A stretch of 64,000 nucleotides of DNA, taken from positions 248,001 through 312,000 of the forward strand of contig NW_003314330.1 in NCBI RefSeq assembly GCF_000143415.4, given 5' to 3'. The notes beneath the pieces were generated by a model that was not told the DNA's origin, ran no database searches, and was given only the letters and a program-made list of their open reading frames with translations. The translations under genes were made by a program, and so were the position numbers. Shown here one piece after another: positions 1 through 10,034 of the stretch (positions within the stretch are counted from its first letter, which is position 1; each line of letters opens with the position of its first letter). Origin of the DNA: Selaginella moellendorffii. Its lineage: Eukaryota; Plantae; Lycopodiophyta.

Positions 1-2578
1 TCCGCATCTCCATAATCTGCTCAACCGGATGGGTTCTTCGACCACTGAACATGAGCGTGGACGTATTAGAGAAGAGATGGCATTACTATTGGGCTTAAAT
101 CATGATAGTGTGGAGAGTGATGAAATTCCAAGATTATTGTATAGGCGTTGGAGGCAAAAAATAACAGTCTGAGATGGCATGTATTTATTTAAAAATGTAA
201 CTTATTATGGCATGGGGTTCCATGCCATTGTATTAATATTAAAAGACAATTCTTTGAGAGGATTTGCATTATACTAGAAGTGTTACAACATGTTATTGGA
301 AGTCTACGAAGTTGTTTTATTAATAAGGGGAAAGTAAAGATTGAATGGGGACTTGGGCTCCACCTAGACTCGGAGCAACTGAGCCAATATTAAAAGGATG
401 GAAAGAAATTGGACGACGATGACAAGGAGAAGAGAGAGGTGAAGCAGTGGCAGGGGGAGGAGAAGTGATTGAGTAGACATTTCCTTGTTTAAAATAAAAT
501 GGCATGTGCCTCAATGCAGTTGAATTTTGTTATATTTATATACTATATAAAGGTTTGGAAACTTTATTTTACAAGTGGGATAATGACAATTCCCACTTTA
601 ACGAAATAGAGCTTTCTAGCAACCACCCTTCTTTGATCCCTTTCAATAACGTGTTGATGTAGGTGTTGAAAGACATGAATGTGCCATCTGGATCGTCACC
701 AATGTGTGGTGCCAAAAACTTCTCACCTTCACTTATAGTTTGCGTGATGTAGACAGCCCTTCTTATCATGTTCTCAAATAGTTCTGGCAATCCTTTCTTT
801 CTGTTCATTAACCAAACATTGAGGAACTCCAAAGTCTTTATCTATTGCTTATATGGAAGCTTTAATATTGCGATATTGTAAATCATGTCATCTGGAGTTT
901 TGTTCACTATAAAAGTAACATATGCATAATTGAGAAAAATGAAGTGTGATAAGAAACTTACTTTCATGAAAAGAAATTTCAGCTATAGTCTCTAGCCACT
1001 CCTTCGGCCTGCGATTGTCTGCAATGCATACTAGTTTCTTCAACTTTGAGGACTTTGCATGTTGAATTTTGTGCTCAATTTGTACGAACTCAATTAAGAC
1101 CTCTTCCTGACTCTTCTCCGGATATGCAAGTTCATAAGCGTCTTGCTTGACCTTCACCAAAGGCTAAAAACCAAAACATTTAAAAGAGGCTTTTATAAAA
1201 TAAAAGGGAAAGATGTACTTTACACCATACAGCGAGCATAAAATTGATTGGGTTGTTGAACCAAGTTGTACTGTCATTTTGAGTGCGTGAGTGCCAAACA
1301 AGTGTTGCAAGATCATCACCATAATGTTGGCGAATGTCATCCTCACTAAAGTTTGCCAAAAATTGAAGTTGCTCGATGTCATGGACAAGGTTTTGTTTTT
1401 GAACAATGAACTGCCTAAGCATATATTTAAACACAACAAAATAAGTTAGTGGAGTTAGAGGTAAAACTATAAAACTTACGCACTGATCTTTTGGTAGGCC
1501 AAGATAAGTTTGTTGACATCCAAAGGTCCCCTCACGTAGACATGGCCGACTGGAATGTTGATATGGTAGATGGGATCATTGCGAAAATGATCGTCGATAC
1601 ACTTCATCCAAGCTCCATATCGGTGGTTACCGTCAATAATTTAGAACATTGTCCCCGCAAGCTGTTGAGTCTCAGGATGTCTGATAATCATGTCATCAAA
1701 TTCTAGGGACTTCCTCCTCCAAATAAGATCCCAGCTATTCACAATCTCGGGTGTGACAGTAATGATCTCCATTGTTCCTAGCTTGCAAAAATAGACTAGA
1801 AACATACCGATATTTGTTGCAAGGCCATTTTGTTTGAACAAACTATATATATCCAGGTTGACATACTTGGATGCTGTGTGGACAAGGTTCGTCTGCTGCA
1901 AACGGCAAAAGGGGATTTCTCTGATCAAGTCACAAGAGCCTGGCCACTTGAGCGCCTTAAGTGTTTAGTGAACTGCTTTTTCCTTTATCCGCATAACAGT
2001 CTCTTAAAAGTGCTTGTCCACCACGTTGTCAGGAAGGTCTATAACTCTTTTCAGCTCCAGGCTATTCCTCAGATTTTCTATCATGAACACCACTAGATTG
2101 CCCAACTTCAGGGATTTGCGCTGATGGTGGGCCAGTGAGGAGTAAAGGAGGAGGTGGTAGTGGTGATGGTGGGGGTGGTGGTGGTGGCGGTGGCGGTGGG
2201 GGCAGAGGCAATAGTGGTAGTGGTGGTGGCAATGGTGGTGGTGGCGGTGGCGATAGCGGTGGTGGAGGTGGTGATGGAGGTGGTGGAGGTGGCGATGGCG
2301 GTGGTGGAGGTGGTGATGGCGGAGGTGATGGTGGTGGAGGCAATGAGTCTCTAAGTAAATGTGTCTCTGTTATGCCAATGGACATGTCAATCGTGATGTT
2401 GTCGTTAGTGCCAAATTGAACTTCTCGTGTCTTCTTGGCTCCAACAACCTTTTTATGTGTTACAATTTTCCTTTTCTGCAAGAGAAAAATTTTTTTTAGT
2501 CAAACTAAATAAAGAAAATAAGAAATTAAAATATTCAAAGAGAAAAAAAAAATCAAGTGGGCCTAGACTCCACCTTGG

Positions 2579-2686
2579 GCGGCCGAGGTTATTTGAATAA
2601 CCTCAGCCCCTCGGCCAGCAAAACTGCCCAAGGTGGGTGGCCCACGCTCGACCTCGAGCAGTTTAGCCACCTGAGGGGCCGAGGTT
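2579..2686. repeat. 96-bp palindromic tandem array, left part (interrupted by the LTR element)
   Basis: GGCCGAGGTTATT-NN-AATAACCTC(A/G)GCC core at 2581; the next unit starts 96 bp later and is cut by the LTR at 2687. Confidence 0.9.
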
Positions 2687-3046
2687 TGTCAAGACCCCCA
2701 ACAAGATCAAGACTAGAAAATGCTAAAGACAAAGAGAAAAGCTAGTGAAAACAAAGAAGAGGCCTTAGACTGGTGTTGATTCAGATTGTGGAGAAATGGA
2801 ATAAGGCTAACCTATATATACTATAGGTTGATGAAGCTCCACCACTCTTGGATCGAGGACGGCCTAAATACAGCTGAGGTCGAGGAGGCGCCACATCATC
2901 ATCAGGAATGTGGCTCGAGACTCAGGAATTGGGAAGTGTCTCGAGAGTCAGGAATAGGGAAGTGTCTCGAGAGTCAGGAATGTGGTTTGCAGGTCAGGAA
3001 TCCGGCGAGAGTCAGGAATGTGGCAAGAATTGGGGGATTCCTGACA
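2687..3046 (-). repeat. 3' LTR (360 bp)
   Basis: Near-identical to 7866-8225 (4 C/T differences counted by eye); internal GAGTCAGGAAT-type subrepeats. Confidence 0.97.
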
Positions 3047-3057
3047 GCACCCCCTCC

Positions 3058-6000
3058 TCAAGAACGAGTGGAACGAGGATGTGAACAAGAACGAAGAGGA
3101 GGATGAGATGAGCGGCGAGGGATGGGAGATGGAGAAAAAGAATGAGGACTGGGACGAGAAGGATAGCAGCGGTGGAAGTCCTGAACAAGGTCAGGAGAAT
3201 GAATCAGGTTGTCCGCAAGTTCCCAAGTGCGTTCCTCAGGTCCGTAACCCTTCCAGTCCACCAGATAGTAGAGTTTAGACCGTGAAATCTTGGAATCAAG
3301 GATGTCCTGAACTTCGTACTCAGACCCATCCTCGAGCTGCACTGGTGGAGGCGGAGGAATGACCCGATTTGGAATAGGACTGGGAATATAAGGCTCAAGG
3401 AGAGAGGAGTGAAAAATGGGGTGAATTTGATATGAGGAGGGAAGTGCAAGGCGATAAGTGACAGGATTAATGATGGCAGTGATAGGGAAAGGACCAAGGC
3501 GTTTGAAATCGAGTTTTGGACAGGGCCTGGTGGTGGAGATATTTCGCCTGAGGAGCCAGACTTTATCCCCGATATTGTAAGGGGGACAATCCTGACAATG
3601 GACATTGGCAAATGTTTTATGAGATTCCTAAGCACGATGGAGGTGGAAGGAGATGGAGTTGTGGATTTCCTGGAGGATGGAGATAAATGCCTCAGAGCGG
3701 GGATTTGAACGAGAGGATTCAGATGGAGAAGGAAGTGAGAGATTGAATCGGGGATTTCAGCCAGAGTTCGCAAAGAAGGGGGAAACTCGAAGAGAGGAGT
3801 GAACAGAGTTGTTATAGGAGAACTCAGCAAGGGGAAGGATATCGAACCAGTTATCCTGATGATAGTTGATGAAGCACCTCAAGAATTGTTCCAACGTCTG
3901 AATCGTTCGCTCGGATTGCCCATCAGTTTGAGGATGATATGCCGAAGAGAGGTTGGCCTTCACTCCAAGCAGCTGCAAAAACCGTTGCCAGAAATGAGAG
4001 ATGAACTAAGGCCCCCGATCCGAAACCACATCTGTAGGAATCCCATGAAGTTGGAAAATTTCCCTGAATACCAGTTTTGCCATGTCCTCGCCCGAAAACT
4101 CCTTGGTACATGGCAAGAAGTGCGCCATCTTTGTGAAGCGATCCACCACGACTAAAATGCTGTTGAAGCCTCCAGAACTCGGAAGATCACTCAAGAAATC
4201 CATGGAGATGGATTCCCAAGGACCTGAAGGGACCGGAAGGGAACGAAGCAAACCTGAAGGAAGGTGGCGAGGTACCTTATTCCGGGCACAAGTGTCACAG
4301 GAGGTAACAAAAGCTTTGATGTAGTCGTCCATGTGAGGCCACCAAAAGTCCCGTGCAACTAGCTCATAGGTTTTCGCAATGCCGAAGTGACCAGCAGTCG
4401 GGCTATCGTGGCACGCCATCAGGACCAACCTTCGAGCATCACCTTCAGGAACGTAAAGCTGCTCCCCACGGTACAATAAGCCATCTAAGAACTCGAACTC
4501 GTCAAATCGCCGGCAGTCGGGAGTCACTGGGTGTCCAGCCTGAAGATGAGGGAAAATGTCGCTAGCGAGATCATTGGATTGAAGATCGTTTCTAATTGCA
4601 TCCATCAAGGAGGAGTCCTGAGGGGCCAGGGAAATTGCCATAACTTGAAGCCGATCAGGACCGAGGATAACTTGATCCTGTTGATCGAAGGCAGGATTAC
4701 CAGGCCTGAGACTAAGATAGGAGCGCCTTGAAAGAGCATCAGGAAGGCCTTGAAACTTTCCAGGTCTGTACTTGATAACAAAGTCAAACCGACTCAGGAA
4801 TTGTGCCCACCTTGCTTGACGACGGCTTAAAACTCGGGAAGTGGCAAAGTACTCGAGATTTTTGTGATCCGTCCAGACTGTTGTTTGATGGCTCGCCCCC
4901 TCCAAGAAACGGCGCCACTCTCCAAAGGAATCCACGATGGCAAGGAGCTCCTTGTCGTGAATTTCGTAATTGATCTCCGCAGGCTGGAATTTCCGAGAAT
5001 GGAAAGCGACCGGATGAAGTTCGTGATCCGCTCCGAGTTGAGACAGCACAGCACCAATGGCAAAGTCGGAGGCGTCAACCTCGATGAAGAAAGGTTGTGA
5101 GGAATCAGCATGGATCAAGACAGGAGCAGAACTGAAGGCCGCCTTGAGTGTGTCGAAGGCCTGCTGGGCAGCAACAGACCAAGAGAAGGGAACATCCTTG
5201 CGAGTGAGATGTGTGAGAGGAAGGACAATGTTAGAGTAGTGATCAATGAATTTGCGGTAGAAGTTGGCGAAGCCAAGGAAAACCTGAACGTCCGACATTG
5301 ATTGTGAAGGCTCCCATTCGAGAATAGTCTTGACTTTAGCAGGATCCATCATGATACCCTCAGGAGTGACAATGTACCCAAGGAACTCCACAGACTGCTG
5401 ATCAAAGGAACATTTCTCAAGCTTCGCGTATAGGCCGTGTTCTCGCAGCTTCGCTAGCACCTTGCGAACATGTTCGTCATGCTCCTCCTAATTTTTTGAG
5501 TAGATGAGGATGTCATCGAGGTAGACGATCACCATCTGATCAAGAAACTCCCGAAAAACGTCGTTCGCCATGTGTTGGAAAACCGCTGGAGCATTTGTCA
5601 AGCCAAATGGCATGACAGTGTACTCGAAGTGGCCATAGCAGGTTCGGAACGCAGTCTTCCATTCATCACCAGGCCGGATCCGGATCAGGTTGTATGCTCC
5701 ACGGAGGTCAATCTTGGTGAAGAAGCGGGCACCGCCGAGGCGTTCCAACAGGTCCGAGATCAGGGGCAGCGGATAACGGTTCCGAACAGTCACCTTGTTC
5801 AAACCTCGGTAGTCGATGACTAGCCGCAAGCTCCCATCCTTCTTCTTGACAAAGAAGACAGGCGCTCCAGCCGGGGACTGCGAATGCTGAATGTAGCCCG
5901 AGGCAAGGTTCTCATCCACGTACTCTTTGAGGGCCTTAAGCTCGGACGGGGATAACCCGTAGATAGGCCCCCACGGAGGTGACGCTCCTTCCTGTAAATC

Positions 6001-6825
6001 AATGGGACAATCATAAGGCCGATGAACAGGAAGTACACTAGCTTTTTTCTTGTCAAACACATCCCCAAAATCATGATACTTCTCAGGAAGACTGACAGGA
6101 GAAACATGCAAAGCAAAAAGAAAAAGAGGTTCTTCATGAAGGAGTTCTTTCATAGTGATTGTGGAGATAGGAGGAGGGGTACGACTAAATGGAATGATGA
6201 GACGAGGATACTGTCCAGTGTAAGATGGAAGAGAGGAAAAAGAAGAGGATGAAAACTTCGTAGAGTCAGGAACAAAACCCCGACTTGAGTTTAGGGAACT
6301 TTTCCTGATTTGGACTCGATGAACACCAAGGGAAGCCGTGGGAGATGGTGATGTGGGAGAGATGAGCTGTAAGTCCTTCCAACAAATCTGAGGCTGATGT
6401 AGTTGGAACCAAGGAAGACCGAGCACCACAGAGGAGGACTTGCTGTTGATGATGTTGAAGGCGATATCGGTGACGGTGGACCCGATGTGTACTTGAACGG
6501 GCAATGTTTCCCTAAGTCCAGAAGATGGAGACACAAAATGCCCACCGATGCCTTCAACCCTTAGATCCCGTATGGTAGGAGAAAGAGGAACGTGATGTCG
6601 GGCAGCAAAGTCCGTGTCCATGAAGCAGGAAGTTGCACCCAAGTCCAGTAGCGCCAAAGCCTTGAGTCCTGATTGTCTGGTGAAAGAAAGGAGACATGGG
6701 ACGCGGAAGTTGCGGGAATTGGTGGTGGCTTTGATGAAAGGTGGTGAGGAGCTTGATAAGGAAGAAAAGTGATTTTTATTTGGGGAGTCCAAACAGACAG
6801 CTCCTACTCTGTTTGGACAGGGTCA
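3058..6825 (-). pseudogene. pol: Retrotransposon pol (protease, RT, RNase H, integrase, chromodomain) with premature stops
   Basis: ALLDLGAT (decayed DSGA), [28 protein letters not shown]...CDTC, SDRG, YHPQTDGQSER, EYEVQDILDS...YLVDWKGYGPEERTWE; stops at 5488 and 4006 among others. Confidence 0.95.
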
Positions 6826-7775
6826 TTTCCCGACTGCAACAGAGGTGGACTTTGAGGTAGAGTGAACTCGAGCAATCGGGGAGGCTTCCTGGGACACACA
6901 GCTGCTTTGTGATTAGGATCAGCACAGTAGAGGCAAAGATTATGAGATATTCGACATTGCCTCTCAGCAGGACTCAACTTCCCTCTAATGAGTCGGGGAG
7001 TACCAGAAATATCCATCGGGACCGGAGCAGTAGGTTCAGGACTATGCCCCGAAGACTCAAGCTAGGATTCCTGAGTCTGGGACGGAAAAACAGCGGCGCG
7101 GCGACTTTCCTGACGACGTTCAAAGAGACGATTGTCACATCGAACAGCTTTGTTGATGGCGTCCGATAGGTCCTTGGGATCCTCCATGGTGAGCAACAAA
7201 TCCTTGACACCGTTGTTGAGGCCGAAACGAAATTGGTCAATCAGGGCCCGCTCATCCCACTGAGTGTCCAAGGCAAGGAGTTGGAACTCTGCAGCGTAGA
7301 TCGAGGCAGGACGAGACCCCTGAGAGAGACGTCTCATCTTTGTGGTAGCAGCCCGAACCCGATCCGTCTCGCCAAAACATGCTTCGAGCTTCTCTTTGAA
7401 CAATTGAAGATCCATCAGCTCCGGAACCACGACCCCTTTCATGCTCTTCTCCAGAAGAGGAGAAAACCATGACAAAGCTGCACCCTCGAGCAACATCCCA
7501 ATCGCGCCGATTTGAGACTCGGGAGTGGGGTACCGCCGATGTTGAAGTGCAAAGATCAGCTCCATTTGGTTCAAAAATCCACGAAGCTCCGAACGCTTGC
7601 CTGAAAATTTCACCGGGAAACTCACCTTCGGTTTAGGAACTTTGCTGGATCCTTGAGCCGAAAGTGAAGCAAGCTCCTGCTGCATGCGAAGAAGGGTCGC
7701 CTTCAGCTCGGTATTCTCAGACTGGATTTTTGCAAGGACTTCGGCAAAGAAATCAAGATGGCTTGGAGACTCCAT
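6804..7775 (-). pseudogene. gag: Retrotransposon gag with CCHC zinc knuckle, one premature TAG at 7062
   Basis: PVKFSGKRSELRGFLNQ, QGSRPASIYAAEFQ and FRFGLN motifs; the same frame continues past the TAG to PMDIS...CLYCADPNHKAAVC. Confidence 0.9.
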
Positions 7776-7865
7776 TGGCAAGAAGAAAGAAAAGAAAGGG
7801 GGAAAAAACAATCAAATAATCAAAACGAGCTAAAAGAAAAGCAAAAAGCACAATCTGAATCAAAC

Positions 7866-8225
7866 TGTCAAGACCCCCAACAAGATCAAGACTAGAAAAT
7901 GCTAAAGACAAAGAGAAAAGCTAGTGAAAACAAAGAAGAGGCCTTAGACTGGTGTTGATTCAGATTGTGGAGAAATGGAACAAGGCTAACCTATATATAC
8001 TATAGGTTGATGAAGCTCCACCACTCTTGGATCGAGGACGGCCTAAATACAGCTGAGGTCGAGGAGGCGCCACATCATCATCAGGAATGTGGCTCGAGAC
8101 TCAGGAATCGGGAAGTGTCTCGAGAGTCAGGAATAGGGAAGTGTCTCGAGAGTCAGGAATGTGGTCTGCAGGTCAGGAATCCGGCGAGAGTTAGGAATGT
8201 GGCAAGAATTGGGGGATTCCTGACA
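7866..8225 (-). repeat. 5' LTR (360 bp)
   Basis: Direct repeat of 2687-3046; TATATATA box about 30 nt upstream of the inferred transcript start near 7969. Confidence 0.97.
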
Positions 8226-8571
8226 AGGTTATTGGAATAACCTCGGCCCCTTGGCCAGCAAAACTGCCCGAGATGGGCGGCCCGCGCTCGACCTTGGGCA
8301 GTTTGGCCACCCGAGGGGCCGAGGTTATTCCAATAACCTCGGCCGCTCGGCTAGCAAAACTGCCTGAGGTGGCTGGCCCGCACTCGACCTCGGGCAGTTT
8401 GGCCACCCCAAGGGCCGAGGTTATTTAAATAACCTCGGCCACTCGGCCAACAAAATTGCCCGAGGTGGCTGGCTTACACTCGACCTCGAGCAGTTTGGCC
8501 ACCCCAGGGGCCGAGGTTATTCAAATAACCTCGGCCCCTCAGCCAGCAAAATTGCCTAAGGTGGCCGGCCC
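8226..8571. repeat. 96-bp palindromic tandem array, right part
   Basis: Cores at 8226 (split), 8317-8344, 8413-8440 (perfect 28-bp palindrome) and 8509-8536; exact 96-bp period; second imperfect hairpin AAACTGCCCGAGGT...ACCTCGGGCAGTTT in each unit. Confidence 0.92.
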
Positions 8572-8694
8572 TAAAGAAGCAATCAACAAAGAAGCAAGAA
8601 AAAAAAAATGAAAGTGGAAGCAATCAAATCAAAACTCACCTTTAGTGGCATTTTTCCTTCCCGATTTCTTGATTGTGCTAGATTTCTTGTGTGC

Positions 8695-8885
8695 TGAATC
8701 TCTCCCGCTCGCGCGCTCAATCTTTCCCACTCGCACACTCAATCTCTCCCGCTCACGCGCTCAATCTCTCCATCTCTTGTGCGCTTAATCTCTCCATCTC
8801 TTGCACGCTCAATCGCTCGATCTTCTTCGCGCTCAATCCCTCGATCTCCTTCGCGCTCAATCCCTCAATCTCCTTCGCGATCTAT
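8695..8885. repeat. Degenerate ~21-22 bp tandem repeat (GCGCTCAATCTCTC-type), probable 5' UTR of the minus-strand gene
   Basis: Repeated CGCTCAATC(T/C)CTC units, followed by CCCTAA-like motifs at about 8945-8982. Confidence 0.7.
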
Positions 8886-10034
8886 CTCTTGATCTCTCAC
8901 GCACTCCACTCACGGTGCGAACAGTAACCTAATCTTGGCGGCTACCTTAACCCTAATCCTAACTGCTGCCCTAACCCTAACCAATCTCTCATCCTGGCCG
9001 TTCATTCCGAATAACCTAAATCTCAACGATCACCATATCTTTGATCTTATTTTATCTTATCATTATTATTATATGTAAATTATGCTTATTTATTTTGTAT
9101 ATTTTAATGATGATATAACTAGCACCTATCAATATTTTTGTTATTAGAGATATGATATTATATTTTACAAATTATCTAGAAAGGATGCATTCTCATCAAT
9201 ATTTTGTACATATTTTGGAATCGTTACAAGAACTTTAAAGAGTATAAATAAGGCATGTTAAAATATGTTGTACTATATCCATCTATGAATGGATGAATCC
9301 TTATCCAGAAATTTATTTTGTTTTGTATTAGATCCTAAACAATAGGCACGTGCTTTAAATGTCATTGAGCAGTGTTCACAATTATGGATAAAACTTGAGT
9401 TGTACTACGAATCAAATCTGTCAGTGAAGAATAAAATTTGACAAGATTTATTATCAAGATTTATTATCATCTACCACTTAAAATTTGACTTGACATATCA
9501 CACGTACTGATAGTCAAATTGGATTTCTTTTTTTGACATGCTATAGCAAAATGTTATTACTGGTATCATTATTAACTATCAAACTTCACGTGTTGAAAAT
9601 CCTTCCTTAGATCTATATGTATACATGCATCAGACATCATAATAGATGATAGTAATATTAATATTGTCATACTTGAACATGTTAAATTTGGTATAAAATT
9701 TAAATTCATTTTGTACATTGTCTTCTTATTACTCTATTTAAATTTCAATTATGTTTCACTATGGATTTTTACAAATAGCATAAAGAGAGAGAACTCAAAA
9801 ACCTATTGAGAAGGATGGAGAGGTTTCTTCTTCATTTTCAAAATCACCCACCTTTTTCATTCTCTCAGAGTATTGTTTTTGAAAGTTTTTTATGTCGGCG
9901 TTTTGATCTTCGTCTTGGCTCTATTTCTTTAGAGGTTGTGATTCGCAACGACATTGGTATAGTTGCATACTCAGAGTTTCTTCTTTTTTGGTGTGGGCAA
10001 GGGTGAACAACAATAGGATTTACAAAATTCCAAA

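Larger units (their letters stand above)
2687..8225 (-). mobile_element. Full-length Ty3/gypsy chromovirus LTR retrotransposon (Tf1/sushi/Tcn1-like), coding regions inactivated by point mutations
   Basis: TG...CA LTRs at 2687-3046 and 7866-8225; TSD AGGTT at 2682-2686 and 8226-8230; domain order gag-PR-RT-RNaseH-IN-chromodomain; PPT GAGGAGGGGGTGC next to the 3' LTR. Confidence 0.97.
569..8651 (-). pseudogene. Decayed multi-exon gene: basic N-terminus, polyproline tract and ParB/Sulfiredoxin-like domain; probable transposon accessory gene
   Basis: Exon 1 ATG CCA CTA AAG|GTGAGT at 8651-8640 splices in frame to acceptor TTGCAG|AAA AGG at 2475 (MPLKKRKIVTHKK). A poly-Pro tract follows, then a frameshift near 2100, then IREIPFCRL...MF*IIDGNHRYGAW (1640-1608). 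Further exons with GT-AG introns run to the stop at 569. Several in-frame TAA/TAG stops. Confidence 0.65.

Noticed and set aside
2135-2419. Gly-rich and Val-rich plus-strand ORFs
   Set aside because: Alternative readings of the (CCA/CCG)n polyproline tract of the minus-strand gene.
2786-3106. ORFs inside the LTRs (also 7965-8240)
   Set aside because: Antisense to the element, built from LTR subrepeats, non-ATG starts.
8226-8571. CRISPR-like appearance of regularly spaced palindromic repeats
   Set aside because: The intervening sequences are themselves repeated rather than unique spacers, there are no cas genes, and the context is eukaryotic.
8945-8982. CCCTAA telomere-like repeats
   Set aside because: Only a few degenerate units; more consistent with telo-box-like promoter or UTR motifs than an interstitial telomere.
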